From assembly GCA_028718865.1 (NCBI GenBank), contig JAQUKX010000001.1, forward strand, positions 67 to 64,066: a stretch of DNA of 64,000 bases, written 5' to 3'. Numbering within the stretch: position 1 is the first letter of the stretch; each line of letters starts with the position of its first letter. Shown piece by piece: positions 8,807 through 18,934 of the stretch. Origin of the DNA: Patescibacteria group bacterium (GTDB lineage: Bacteria > Patescibacteriota > Patescibacteriia > UBA1558 > GWA2-36-10). The notes under the pieces were generated by a model. The model did not search any database and had not been told where the DNA came from. It saw only the letters and a program-made list of their open reading frames with translations. The translations under genes and the position numbers were made by a program.

Positions 8807-9655
8807 TTATAAACATAAATTGGTACAGATAGTACAGCCTTGGCAATATGTTTCACGATTACAACCGACCGGAAAAGTATAACATTGATTGCCCGCGTCA
8901 CTTCCAGTATAATCACAAGTTTCATTTCTAGTAACATAGCCTGAGCAAGTGCTGTTGCAAAAATTGCCGTTCTGTACTATACCGTCTCCGCAAGAGCCGG
9001 CATTTTGTGGTGGATCGCAAACCTCTGGGGCTTGTACTGTACTATCACCGCAAGATCCCTCATAAGGCACGCCTGCCGTACAAGCCATCTCACAGGACTC
9101 ATTGCAGGAAAGAGCGCCTCCCAAAGAACAGCTCCATCCGGACAAGCCGCTGGGGTCAGCTGATCCGTCGCATTCCTCTGTTTGCTCATCCCAAACACCA
9201 TCGCCACAATAGCCGGCCGAACTAGCCGAGGCATAAGCTGATTGATCATTTTTGTAGCTATAGACTGAAATAGGCGTAGAAGAGACATTGATTGTGGCAA
9301 TAACCGAGCTTTGCCAAAAGCCAAGCGAAGAAGTACTGCTGGCTGAAAGCAAAACTTCTTTTAAGCCGGACATTATCTCAGTGGCAATTTCATAATCGCA
9401 GTCTATGCCTATCCCCGCCAAAGAAAAATAACCTGCTTCAGCATAATCCGATGATAAGCGCAGCAGAGCTTCATCCAAACAAGCTGCCAGCTTAGCCTCC
9501 ACCATCGCTCTTTCACTGATCTGATAATCTGCTTGGCTGTCGGAAATATTAATCAAAGAAATAGATACTGCTGCCAGAAGAGTAAGCGCTGTGATCATTA
9601 TCACCATTATCAAAGCAATTGCTCCTTGATTTTTTATTTTTATAAACTCAAGCAT
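8807..9655 (-). CDS. Minor pilin-like protein with Myxococcus-type cysteine-rich repeats (CGDGxxxxxEECD)
   Basis: The N-terminal hydrophobic segment QGAIALIMVIMITALTLLAAV lacks Glu+5. The C-terminus has CGDGVWDEQTEECDG … CGDGIVQNGNFCNSTC, matching the TIGR02232-type repeat from memory. Confidence 0.45.
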   Translation of the reverse strand: MLEFIKIKNQGAIALIMVIMITALTLLAAVSISLINISDSQADYQISERAMVEAKLAACLDEALLRLSSDYAEAGYFSLAGIGIDCDYEIATEIMSGLKEVLLSASSTSSLGFWQSSVIATINVSSTPISVYSYKNDQSAYASASSAGYCGDGVWDEQTEECDGSADPSGLSGWSCSLGGALSCNESCEMACTAGVPYEGSCGDSTVQAPEVCDPPQNAGSCGDGIVQNGNFCNSTCSGYVTRNETCDYTGSDAGNQCYTFPVGCNRETYCQGCTICTNLCL

Positions 9656-9679
9656 AAGTATATTTATTTGTTTATTTTA

Positions 9680-10990
9680 TCAATAATCACCCGCCGATTG
9701 TAAAGCCGCCAGCTCGGCGTTGCTCAAAGCGCGATTGTAAAAACGAACTTCATCAACAATACCGTGAAAAGCTGTAAGAAAATTAATATAAGGACCATCG
9801 GTTATAGTATTGACCAGCTTGATAATGGGAGTTGAAGCACTGAAATTAACCACCACTCCTGTTCCTACTCTATAAGCATAAGCTTTTAATAATTCCTGCT
9901 CATAATCATAAATGCAAGCCAAAAAATAAGTTTGAGCGGCACCTATGACACTGACATTTGAATAAACTTGCTGGTAAGCATTATCATCATAAATGCGGCA
10001 ATAAAAACGCCCATCTTCTCCATCAATAAACATATGATATCCTCTTTGATTGCCTGTATCTGCTTTAAAAATAATAGAATGCTCGGGATCTTCCAAAACC
10101 TCAGGTTTCACCCAAGCGGTCAAAGAAAAAGCATCGCCAAAATTCAAATCATCGGGATTAGTCGGACTGTCAGGAGCGCAATTGGAAGTATTGCCATCAG
10201 CATAAGGAAAGTCAAGAGCATAACTACTGCCGTCAATCAAGCCGGCAATATAATCAGGGCTCGTGATGCCACTGCAATCAGCGTCATTATCACCTGCGCT
10301 ATCTAAAGCAGTCGTTCCCGAGCCTTCTTCAAAGCGCCACCAAGTCACTGGCCCGCGAGACTGGGCAGCCAAAACAGCTACAGTGCTGGTAGCCGCTGAA
10401 ATATCCTTGAGCTCTGACTGACCAGCTACTAGAGAGCCTAAAGCCAAATAACTGTCTATAGAAATGTAATCACTACTGATAGATGAGCCCTCGGCCAGAG
10501 AAAAATCAAGCCCATTGTCCAAAACTGCCAAGCTGGGCGAGCTAAGATAATAAACATTTTGCGCTGGATAATAACTATCATCGCAATTTTTATGATAGCC
10601 ATTTCCCGGCATATCAGGATGACAACTGATTGCCAATCGCCTATCTTTAAGATTGATTTTGACGCCGCCGCCTGTCCCAACGCAAGCTCCGGGCAAATGC
10701 TCATCATCGGCAAAATAAAGCGCTAACAGCGAAGGCGAAGAGGAAAACTCCGAACAATAACCCAAAGTATCCTGCAAGAGTCCGTCGGAATTTTTTATCA
10801 AATAATCCAGAGCTGCCAAAGACAGGCGGCGGCTGGCGGAGGCTTCTGTTTTGGCTGACAGCTTAGCGTAATTATTTCCCAAGACCAAATTCAAATTTAT
10901 CACTGAGGTAAGTAAAATCGCCACAATGGCCAGATAGACCACTGTCTCTACTAAGGTAAAGCCTGATTTTTTTAATTTTATTTTCCTCAT
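9680..10990 (-). CDS. Pseudopilin with a C-terminal LamG-like (concanavalin A-like lectin/glucanase) domain
   Basis: N-terminus KKSG|FTLVETVVYLAIVAILL with Glu+5. The C-terminus …DEVRFYNRALSNAELAALQ is the characteristic Laminin_G_3 terminal motif. Confidence 0.65.
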   Translation of the reverse strand: MRKIKLKKSGFTLVETVVYLAIVAILLTSVINLNLVLGNNYAKLSAKTEASASRRLSLAALDYLIKNSDGLLQDTLGYCSEFSSSPSLLALYFADDEHLPGACVGTGGGVKINLKDRRLAISCHPDMPGNGYHKNCDDSYYPAQNVYYLSSPSLAVLDNGLDFSLAEGSSISSDYISIDSYLALGSLVAGQSELKDISAATSTVAVLAAQSRGPVTWWRFEEGSGTTALDSAGDNDADCSGITSPDYIAGLIDGSSYALDFPYADGNTSNCAPDSPTNPDDLNFGDAFSLTAWVKPEVLEDPEHSIIFKADTGNQRGYHMFIDGEDGRFYCRIYDDNAYQQVYSNVSVIGAAQTYFLACIYDYEQELLKAYAYRVGTGVVVNFSASTPIIKLVNTITDGPYINFLTAFHGIVDEVRFYNRALSNAELAALQSAGDY

Positions 10991-12966
10991 CTATAATCTA
11001 TCTTCAAAGAATAAAGCGTCGGCGTATCAGCATTGCCGTTGCAGGCCGTCAAAGTGGCCTTATATCTAAGATAACGATAACCATTTAAAATATCAGGCGT
11101 GCTGCTGGCATAAGAAGAACCGTTATCGCTAAAAGTATGAGCAACCGGACTGGCAAAAGAGCTGCTGTTGTCCGCTTCCAAGTCTACACTCACTGAACAG
11201 CCCGCAGGCACATCTTGGCTCACCGATATGGCTCGCAACTCCTTATCACTGGCGCCCAGATCAAAAATTGAAGAATAAATATAGCCAGGAGAATTGTAAC
11301 CGGACAGACCCATTTCCTCCTCAGCTCCAACCGCAAAAAAAGTGGACGGCGAGCTTTGATTATTATATTCTGTTTTTATCCAATCAACATTTCTAAGTAT
11401 ATTAGAAACTTTTAATTCATCAATTATACCATCAAAAGCCCTATCCGTAGCATTGGAACGATTGCCTATTCTAACACCAGAGGTAGATGTTATTCCCGAC
11501 AAAGCATTAGTAGCCCCAACCGATCCACTTTGCACTCCGTTGATATAAAAAGTAGTAGTGCCATTGGCCGCCACTGTCACTACCACATGATACCAGGTGC
11601 TGCCATTATAATTGATGCTACCGGAAGCCGAAGTTCTAATCAAAGCGCCGGCGGCGGTAAAACTAACATAAGTGCTCTGACAAAAAAGTACCCAACCAGC
11701 TTGAGCTGAAGAGCCGTTGGACTTATCTATTATTCTGCCTGAACTAGCTCCTCCTAAAGTATCCGGCTTCATCCAAACCGATATGGTCATTCCTGAAGTC
11801 AACAATTGGCTAGAATGATGGGGAATATTGACATAATCATTGGAGCCGTCGTAATCTTGAGCCTTACCTATTCTTCCATTTATTTCCACCGGCTCCCCGC
11901 TTGCTTTTTTAGTACCCTGATTATTGGCATTAGCGCTATTTTTTATAGCCGAAGACGATCCATCGGGTTTATGATAAACCATTATATGATAATCATCCCA
12001 AGTATTATAAACATCCTCCTGACTAGTACTAATATCTCCATTTCCATAAAACATATAAATTATCGTATCAGTATTTCCCGGTAAAGCAGGAATTTTTACC
12101 CAAGCAATCAATTCGCCTGTGGCTGGATTATATCTTTCTATTTCATGAGATAATTGATTTGCTCCTTCTTCATCAGAAGTGAAAATAATATCATAGCCGT
12201 TAGCGCTTTCTACTTTACCGCCGTTGGCTGTGCTTTTCAAATAATCCTCAGTCAAAGAAACAAGCATAGGAAAATCAACGTGCGAAAGATCGCCTGACAC
12301 CTTAGTGTTATCTATAGTTATTGTCCGTCTATAATTATAAGATCCAGGAGAAAAAGATAAATCAAGTTGACTGGGAGTAGAAGTGCTCACATTGCTATAA
12401 ACAGTAGAAAACATATCTGCCTCTGACCAAAAAGCTCTGGCGCCATTGCCTGACCAGTCGCTCTGCCGCCAGCTCTGATAAGACCAGTTGCTCAAATAAG
12501 CGCTTAGCACATAATCGCTTATCCCCGGCCCGGAAACTGTCACTATTACTTTGTAAGTATTGAGATCTAAGCTGCCGCCCTCTGAGACGATATTGCCGCT
12601 TTCATCACGATATACATCTTCTATTTCCACTGTCCGGCTCAAAACTCCCAAACTGTCGCTAGTGCCGGCAAACTGCCAGTTTCCCCCGCTGTCTTTGGAC
12701 GCTCCCAGAGCTCCCTGGCCGGCAGCATCTTCTATGGCCTGCCAGCTATTGTCTCTGATGGCTCTGGCTGCTGAGAGTCCTTCCTGAGCAAATTTGGCTA
12801 CCTGCTGCCGGTCGCCGGCGCCAAAAAAATTGCGGTAAGAATTGGTAGCTACATAAAATACTCCCGCGGTTAAAATAGAAAATATTGCCAAGGCAGCTAT
12901 TACTTCCATCAAAGAAAAACCTTTTTGCCCCAGCTGATTTTTATATTTTAATATTTTAAAACTCAT
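10987..12966 (-). CDS. Large pseudopilin (659 aa) with a C-terminal LamG-like domain
   Basis: N-terminus QKG|FSLMEVIAALAIFSIL. The C-terminus …DELKVSNILRNVDWIKTEYNNQ is the LamG-3 terminal motif. The start overlaps the downstream gene by 4 bp (ATGA coupling). Confidence 0.65.
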   Translation of the reverse strand: MSFKILKYKNQLGQKGFSLMEVIAALAIFSILTAGVFYVATNSYRNFFGAGDRQQVAKFAQEGLSAARAIRDNSWQAIEDAAGQGALGASKDSGGNWQFAGTSDSLGVLSRTVEIEDVYRDESGNIVSEGGSLDLNTYKVIVTVSGPGISDYVLSAYLSNWSYQSWRQSDWSGNGARAFWSEADMFSTVYSNVSTSTPSQLDLSFSPGSYNYRRTITIDNTKVSGDLSHVDFPMLVSLTEDYLKSTANGGKVESANGYDIIFTSDEEGANQLSHEIERYNPATGELIAWVKIPALPGNTDTIIYMFYGNGDISTSQEDVYNTWDDYHIMVYHKPDGSSSAIKNSANANNQGTKKASGEPVEINGRIGKAQDYDGSNDYVNIPHHSSQLLTSGMTISVWMKPDTLGGASSGRIIDKSNGSSAQAGWVLFCQSTYVSFTAAGALIRTSASGSINYNGSTWYHVVVTVAANGTTTFYINGVQSGSVGATNALSGITSTSGVRIGNRSNATDRAFDGIIDELKVSNILRNVDWIKTEYNNQSSPSTFFAVGAEEEMGLSGYNSPGYIYSSIFDLGASDKELRAISVSQDVPAGCSVSVDLEADNSSSFASPVAHTFSDNGSSYASSTPDILNGYRYLRYKATLTACNGNADTPTLYSLKIDYR

Positions 12967-12970
12967 AATT

Positions 12971-14029
12971 TTAATAATCTTTTAGACACCTGACCGACAG
13001 GCCGTAGCTCTTGTCCAAGTTGGCGCTGTTGAAATTAGCGTCGTTTTCATTGTAATAATAAACTGCCTGACTGCCGTCATACTGACTGGAAGTCCAAAAA
13101 AAAGCTTTGCTGCCATTATCGGCAAAAGCGCCGCCGCCACTAGTATTTCTCTGTCCGGCCAAAAGCAGATTGAATCCCGACTGGCCGCCTATAGCCAACT
13201 CATTGCCCGGCAAAGCATAAAGCCCGGCTAAGGCTGCCCATTGAGCGCTAGTGGGCAGATGCCAGCCGGCCGGACAAATGCCTCGGGCTCCTTCGCCAGT
13301 ACCATAAGCCATCAATTCATCCCAGCTATACAAACCGCCATAGATATCGCAATTAGCTTCGCTATTACCATAGCACCATTTTTCTAAAATATCATTATCA
13401 CTAGGATTACTTATAGCGCTTTCTAGCATCTGACCGCTATTGAGATTTTCCGCCAGCCAGCAATTGTCAGCTATTTCCACAGTATTATAAGCCTGACCTT
13501 GACTGTCATAGGCTTTGCTCTGGCCGCAGGTAAAAACATAAGCCAAGCCGCTGGGCAAAACCCGGACGCTTTTTTTCAGGCCAAAATTGCTCTCCAGAGC
13601 AATATCTTCCTCCTCACCGCTAGATAGCCAGCCGCTGCCAAAAGTAAAATAAAATTCCCGCTCCTGATTATCAGCCAAGTAAACGCCGGAATTGCGCTCG
13701 CCAAAATTCAATTGGCGATCAAAAGCACTATCCCTATCATCATAAAAATTGCCTTTGAACAAAATCAAACAATCCCCGTCCGACGAGCAATCGTCGCTCT
13801 GCGACAAAACCTTTATACCCCAGACATCGCCCATGTAGCCGCTGCGGGAATAATTCTGAGCGCGGCTGACAATGTCAGCTACTTCTCTGGCTTTGGCGTC
13901 AATATCATCTTCAAAAACTCGCGAATTCAAAACCGTAAAAGCGCCGGCCAAAATAATCAAAAAAACCGCTACTATCAAAAGCACTTCCACCAAAGTAAAG
14001 GCTCTTTGTTGTTTGCAAAAAAATATCAT
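12971..14029 (-). CDS. Pseudopilin with a Fibrobacter-succinogenes-major-paralogous-type domain (FISUMP, CPxGWHLP…W signature)
   Basis: N-terminus QQRA|FTLVEVLLIVAVFLIIL. The C-terminus contains CPAGWHLPTSAQWAAL, the hallmark of TIGR02145. Confidence 0.55.
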   Translation of the reverse strand: MIFFCKQQRAFTLVEVLLIVAVFLIILAGAFTVLNSRVFEDDIDAKAREVADIVSRAQNYSRSGYMGDVWGIKVLSQSDDCSSDGDCLILFKGNFYDDRDSAFDRQLNFGERNSGVYLADNQEREFYFTFGSGWLSSGEEEDIALESNFGLKKSVRVLPSGLAYVFTCGQSKAYDSQGQAYNTVEIADNCWLAENLNSGQMLESAISNPSDNDILEKWCYGNSEANCDIYGGLYSWDELMAYGTGEGARGICPAGWHLPTSAQWAALAGLYALPGNELAIGGQSGFNLLLAGQRNTSGGGAFADNGSKAFFWTSSQYDGSQAVYYYNENDANFNSANLDKSYGLSVRCLKDY

Positions 14030-15231
14030 TACCTTCCTAGTTCTCCGGTTAAATTATAAATTGGATTAATAATAGACATGGCGGCAAAGGCCACAGACAA
14101 GCCAATAATCACCAAAAGCACCGGCTCCAGCATAGTGGAAAGATTTTTGGTAATTACATCCACTTCATTTTCATAAAAATCCGCCAGATAATCCAAGGTC
14201 TCGCTCAGCTGTCCGGAATTCTCCCCTACTCGCGTCATCCGTGAAACCAGCGAGGGAAAATAAGAGCGGCCGGCCAAGGCATCAGCCAAAGACATGCCTT
14301 TGAGTATTTTGTGATAGACCAAAATCACCTCTCTTTTATAAACTTCGTTGCCAAGAGTCTGGGAAACTATCTGCAGAGCCCTGTCTATGCTGATACCGCT
14401 ATCCAGTAAAGATGCAATAGTGCGGCAAAACAAAGCCAAGTTCATCTGTCTGTCTAACTTGCCCAAAATAGGCAATCTTAAAATAAAGCTATGAATAAAA
14501 TAACGGCTATTTTTAAATTTAAGTAATATTTGCCAAGCTACAAATATTCCAAAAATAACCCCCAAAACCGCCAGCCAATTTTCCGCCATAAAACGGGATA
14601 TAACTATCATCATTCTAGTAGTCAAAGGCAAAGTCACATTGAGAGAATCAAAAAAGCCGATTATTTTGGGCAGAACATAAGCGGAAATCAAAGCTCCCAA
14701 GGCAATCACTGCCAGTAGTACCACTGTCGGATACATAGAGGCGGCCTTGAGCTTGCTTCTCAGTTCATAGGATTTTTTTTGCTGGCTAGCCACTATAGCC
14801 AAATTTTTGGCCAAAGTGCCGCCCTCTTCACCGACCGCTACCATGTTGATAAACATTTTATCAAAATCTTTGGGGTGCTTGGCCAGAGCCGCTGACAGCG
14901 AATGGCCCTTTCTGACATCAACCAAAACTTCATTAAGCCTTTTGTTGAGCACTGACGAAGAATTATCAGCCAGAGTTTCCAAAGCCGCGTCTATGGTCAT
15001 ACCTGCTTTTATCATCACTGACAAATGCTGCGCCAGCATTACTTTTTCCACCAGTCTTACTCGGCCTATTATTATACCGCCAGCCTTTTTTTTCTCACCA
15101 GCCATTTTCAGAGAAATCAGAGTACCGGGCTGCAAAGCCAAACGATTTCTAGCTTCTTTGGCGCTAGCTGCTTCTATGGTTCCTTGGCTGATTTTGCCTT
15201 GGCTGTCGCTTATTTGATAATGAAAAATCAT
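14029..15231 (-). CDS. pilC: Type IV pilus inner-membrane platform protein PilC (GspF family)
   Basis: 400 aa with two GspF repeats and three TM segments; GspF-family motifs are visible. Confidence 0.85.
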   Translation of the reverse strand: MIFHYQISDSQGKISQGTIEAASAKEARNRLALQPGTLISLKMAGEKKKAGGIIIGRVRLVEKVMLAQHLSVMIKAGMTIDAALETLADNSSSVLNKRLNEVLVDVRKGHSLSAALAKHPKDFDKMFINMVAVGEEGGTLAKNLAIVASQQKKSYELRSKLKAASMYPTVVLLAVIALGALISAYVLPKIIGFFDSLNVTLPLTTRMMIVISRFMAENWLAVLGVIFGIFVAWQILLKFKNSRYFIHSFILRLPILGKLDRQMNLALFCRTIASLLDSGISIDRALQIVSQTLGNEVYKREVILVYHKILKGMSLADALAGRSYFPSLVSRMTRVGENSGQLSETLDYLADFYENEVDVITKNLSTMLEPVLLVIIGLSVAFAAMSIINPIYNLTGELGR

Positions 15232-15243
15232 ATTTTATAAAAA

Positions 15244-16968
15244 TTATTGCTTAGTGGCTCTAAATATTTCTTCCAAAGTGGTTTTGCCGGAAATCGCCTT
15301 GTTGAAACCGTCTTCAAACATAGTGGTCATGCCATTTGCCATAGCTTTCTTTTTTATCTGATCAGCATCAGCTCTGGCCATGATTAGTTCTTTGATATCA
15401 TCGCTGATTTCCAAAACCTCAAAAATTCCAATACGGCCGCTGTAACCGCTTTGATTACAGCTATCGCAACCCTTGCCTTTATAGAATCTGATTTCTTTGA
15501 CTCTATCTACATCAAAAAACTTACTCAGATCAACTTCCGAGCTCAAATCACGGATTTCTTTTTCCGCCAACGTATAGCTGACTATGCATTTCATGCAGAT
15601 TTTTCTCAACAGTCTTTGGGCAATAATTACATTGACAGTAGACGAGACCAAAAAAGGCTCTACTTTCATGTCCAAAAGCCGCGGTAAGGCAGTAGCCGCA
15701 TCATTGGTATGGAGAGTGGACAAAACCAAGTGCCCAGTCATAGCCGAATTGACGGCAATGCCGGCTGTTTCCTTGTCTCTGATTTCTCCGACCATGATGA
15801 TGTCTGGATCTTGCCGGAGCAAAGACCGCAGTCCTTCGGCAAAAGTAAGGTTGGTCTTGGGATTGACCTGAATCTGATTGACGCCTTCCAGGTCATACTC
15901 CACTGGATCCTCGATTGTGCAAATATTGACATCGCGGCTATTGAGCAGCTTAATCAAAGCATACAAGCTAGTAGTTTTGCCCGAGCCTGTCGGACCAGTA
16001 GCCAATATCATGCCATAAGGCCGCTTGGCTGCCCGCTGGACTATCTTGAGGTCTTTTTCTACCATGCCCAAATCTTCCAAGCTGAATTGCTGGCCTTTGG
16101 AGGACAAAAGTCGCATGACCACTTTTTCGCCATGGGTAGTGGGTACAGCCGAAACACGGACATCTACTTTTTCCCCTTCCACAGTGGTGATGATTTTTCC
16201 ATCTTGAGCTGCCCGGCTTTCATCAGTCCTAAGATGAGCCAATATTTTTATTCTGGTAACAATCAAATCCAAAACTCCTTTGGGCAGAGACAAAACATCG
16301 TATAATATGCCGTCTATTCTGAATCTGATTTTTATTTCTTTTTCTTCGGGGTCAATATGGACATCGGAAGCATGGTTGCTATAAGCATAGCTAAACAGAT
16401 CGTCCACCAGCTTGACCGCTGACAGGCTCTCGGCCTCACCGCCTTGAGCTTTGATGGCTTGCTTCTGGATGCTGGCAGCATACTCCTGCTCAATTGATTT
16501 GCGGTAAAGGGAAAAATTATTTTCAATATCATAGACCGTGGCATAATAAGGCACGACTTTATCCCCGGCCTTTTTCTCCAGCATTTTTATCATCTGATAG
16601 TCAAAAGGATTGGCCATAGCCACCTTGATGCCTTCTTGATCCCTTTTGAAGACTATCATTTTCTGCTTGCGCGCCACTATTTCCGGCAAGAGATTGAGCA
16701 CCTCCGGCGGGATTTTTTCTTTTTTGAGATCGACGAATTTGACATGGAGATTATTGGCTATCAGCTGGCCGATCTCCTCTGATTTGATCAAATCCTGCTT
16801 GATCAAAAAAGTAGTAAAATCCTTTTTCTTTTCCTGAGCGGTTTTTATGGCCTGATCCAAAACCTCGGGCTTAATCAGTCCTATTTTGCTGATGATTTTA
16901 TAAATTTTGACGTCGCTTATAAGTTCCATAAAATTAACTTTCAATATTATTGGCCGGAATATGGCCAT
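15244..16968 (-). CDS. pilB: Type IV pilus assembly ATPase PilB (GspE family) with N-terminal T2SSE_N domain
   Basis: Walker A ATGPTGSGKTTSLYA, Asp box, Walker B and His box. A tetracysteine motif CMKC…CDSC is present. The true start may be M14 (MELISD) near 16929. Confidence 0.9.
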   Translation of the reverse strand: MAIFRPIILKVNFMELISDVKIYKIISKIGLIKPEVLDQAIKTAQEKKKDFTTFLIKQDLIKSEEIGQLIANNLHVKFVDLKKEKIPPEVLNLLPEIVARKQKMIVFKRDQEGIKVAMANPFDYQMIKMLEKKAGDKVVPYYATVYDIENNFSLYRKSIEQEYAASIQKQAIKAQGGEAESLSAVKLVDDLFSYAYSNHASDVHIDPEEKEIKIRFRIDGILYDVLSLPKGVLDLIVTRIKILAHLRTDESRAAQDGKIITTVEGEKVDVRVSAVPTTHGEKVVMRLLSSKGQQFSLEDLGMVEKDLKIVQRAAKRPYGMILATGPTGSGKTTSLYALIKLLNSRDVNICTIEDPVEYDLEGVNQIQVNPKTNLTFAEGLRSLLRQDPDIIMVGEIRDKETAGIAVNSAMTGHLVLSTLHTNDAATALPRLLDMKVEPFLVSSTVNVIIAQRLLRKICMKCIVSYTLAEKEIRDLSSEVDLSKFFDVDRVKEIRFYKGKGCDSCNQSGYSGRIGIFEVLEISDDIKELIMARADADQIKKKAMANGMTTMFEDGFNKAISGKTTLEEIFRATKQ

Positions 16969-17377
16969 TGCCGTTTCTGGCCTGCTTGCTCATAGTAGTG
17001 GAGTTGAGATAGCGGCTTATTTTCTCCACCAAAGTAGCCAAAGTAATATTATCTTTTACTAGATAATCCACTGCTCCCAAGTCTATGCCTTTTTTGACAT
17101 CATCTTCCTGGCCCAGATTGGACAAGATAATCACCGGTACGGCGGCGGTAGCCGGGTCACTGCGCAGCTCAGTCAAAACCTCAAAGCCGTTTTTCTCCGG
17201 CATTATCATATCCAAAATAATCAAATCTGGATCATTTATACGCGCCTGCTCCAAGCCTTCCTGGCCGTTGGCGGCCAAAAACACTTCATAGCCTCTTTCT
17301 GATAACTCGGCCTGATAGACTTTGCGCAAAAAATTGTCGTCATCTACAAAAAGAATTTTTGGTTTGCCTTCTGCCAT
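16934..17377 (-). CDS. Single-domain response regulator (CheY/PilH-like receiver)
   Basis: KILFVDDDNFLRKVY…ILDMIMPEKNGFEVL…KGIDLGAVDYLVK carries the phospho-acceptor Asp and the conserved Lys. Confidence 0.8.
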   Translation of the reverse strand: MAEGKPKILFVDDDNFLRKVYQAELSERGYEVFLAANGQEGLEQARINDPDLIILDMIMPEKNGFEVLTELRSDPATAAVPVIILSNLGQEDDVKKGIDLGAVDYLVKDNITLATLVEKISRYLNSTTMSKQARNGNGHIPANNIES

Positions 17378-17383
17378 AAAAAT

Positions 17384-18934
17384 CTAAAATAAATTATTAA
17401 TATCTAATACCAGCACTGGCCGGCCTTTGGAAGAAATAGCCGCGCCTTTGAAATATTTCTGCCCTAGCATGACGCTGGGAGTTTTTTTCATCACCAATTC
17501 GCTTTCGGAAATATTGCCATAAACCGGCAAGGCCAATTTTAACTTGCCTCTTTTGACCAGCAAAAGATAACGATAAGAGGCCGGCAAATTTTGTTTCAGA
17601 GCCAAACGATCCAATAGCTTGACTGAGAAAACATGATTGTCGTGCCGAAAAGTCTTGGTTTGAGAAAAATCCTTTTCCTGCTCCAGCTTGACTACCTTAT
17701 CCACATAAGCCAAAGGCAAAGCCAGCCGATAATCTTTGATTCTGATTATAAGAGCCCGAAAAACCGACAAAGGCAGAGGAAAATCCACGACGAATTTGGC
17801 GCCTTTGCCTTTTTCGCTCACTATATCAATACTGCCGCTTAGCTCTTCCACTTTGCTTTTGACCAAATTGAGGCCTATGCCCCGGCCCGAGCTGAAGGTG
17901 AGGCCTATGCCTTTGGAAATACCGGCAACAAAAATCAAATTTTTGATTTCCGCTATGGTCATTTTTTTGGCTTTTACCGGACTGACTATTTTGTTTTTGA
18001 CTGCCAAAGATAATATTTCCTGCCAATCTATGCCTTGGCCATTGTCAGACACACTGATTATCATCCTATCGTCTCTAAGAGCAGTTGACAGCACTATCCG
18101 GCCGTTTAGCTGTCCTTTGGCTATGCCGTGGGCTGCCGCATTTTTGAGCAGCTGTATGACTATTTCCATCAACTCATCAAGTATCGCCTTATCCAAAGAA
18201 AAATCATTGTCTTCAATTACCAACTCTATTTTTTTGCCTTCAGCGTTGGCGATTTCTCTGACCAAATAAGGCAAAGAGGAAAAAACCTGCTTCAAGGGTA
18301 CTATTCTGATTTTCTCCAAATCACGCCGCATATCCCCTAGGATCTTCTCTGCTGCCAAATATTTGGCCAAAAATCCCGTATCACCGCTTTTTTCCGCCAA
18401 AAGCTTGGTTTCCAAAATATTTATCAGCAGATCTTCCAAATAATTTTGGATTTTATCCAGCTTGTAAGTAGGCACGGTAATTTCCGCTACTGACGGCAGG
18501 CTGCTCAAGATGTGTTTTTCTTTGACGGTTTTTTTATCGGCCTTGGTTTTTTTGGCTTTGACGCTCAAGAAATCCGCTAGACGCTGGCTTTGCCCCAGCA
18601 GATTGATTTCTCGATTTTTTTTGTCTATGGATTCAATATTTTGTTTGAGAATATCTAGGGTAGAAAAAAACAATTCCAAGCCTTTTTTGTCCAGCTTGAT
18701 ATCGCCGCTATAAGCGCTGTCAATGATATTTTCCAAAAGATGTAGCAGTTTGACGGTTTTTTTGTAGGCCATGGCCGCGGCCGCGCCCTTCATAGAGTGA
18801 ATCAAGCGAAAAATATTTTCTATCAAATTCTGATTTTGAGGCTTTTTTTCCAGATAAAGCAAAAATGTAGAGAGTTTTTTTAACTGCTCCCGACTGGTAG
18901 AGAGATAAAGGTCTTTGTATTTACTGCTGATCAT
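17384..18934 (-). CDS. CheA-like histidine kinase (HPt, HATPase_c and C-terminal CheW-like domain)
   Basis: The HPt motif is IHSMKGAAAAM. The G1/G2 boxes are VSDNGQGID and GRGIGL. The C-terminal ~130 aa are a CheW-like beta-barrel. Confidence 0.75.
   Translation of the reverse strand: MISSKYKDLYLSTSREQLKKLSTFLLYLEKKPQNQNLIENIFRLIHSMKGAAAAMAYKKTVKLLHLLENIIDSAYSGDIKLDKKGLELFFSTLDILKQNIESIDKKNREINLLGQSQRLADFLSVKAKKTKADKKTVKEKHILSSLPSVAEITVPTYKLDKIQNYLEDLLINILETKLLAEKSGDTGFLAKYLAAEKILGDMRRDLEKIRIVPLKQVFSSLPYLVREIANAEGKKIELVIEDNDFSLDKAILDELMEIVIQLLKNAAAHGIAKGQLNGRIVLSTALRDDRMIISVSDNGQGIDWQEILSLAVKNKIVSPVKAKKMTIAEIKNLIFVAGISKGIGLTFSSGRGIGLNLVKSKVEELSGSIDIVSEKGKGAKFVVDFPLPLSVFRALIIRIKDYRLALPLAYVDKVVKLEQEKDFSQTKTFRHDNHVFSVKLLDRLALKQNLPASYRYLLLVKRGKLKLALPVYGNISESELVMKKTPSVMLGQKYFKGAAISSKGRPVLVLDINNLF

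Noticed and set aside
15709-16305. The 198-aa plus-strand ORF inside pilB and similar long antisense ORFs (17736..18269 in cheA, 52627..53151 in the WecA-like gene, 57276..58004 opposite rpsE, 62276..62773 opposite rpsC)
   Set aside because: Each lies entirely within, and antisense to, a gene with strong motif support. The proteins are low-complexity Ser/Pro/Leu-rich without motifs. They are shadow ORFs.
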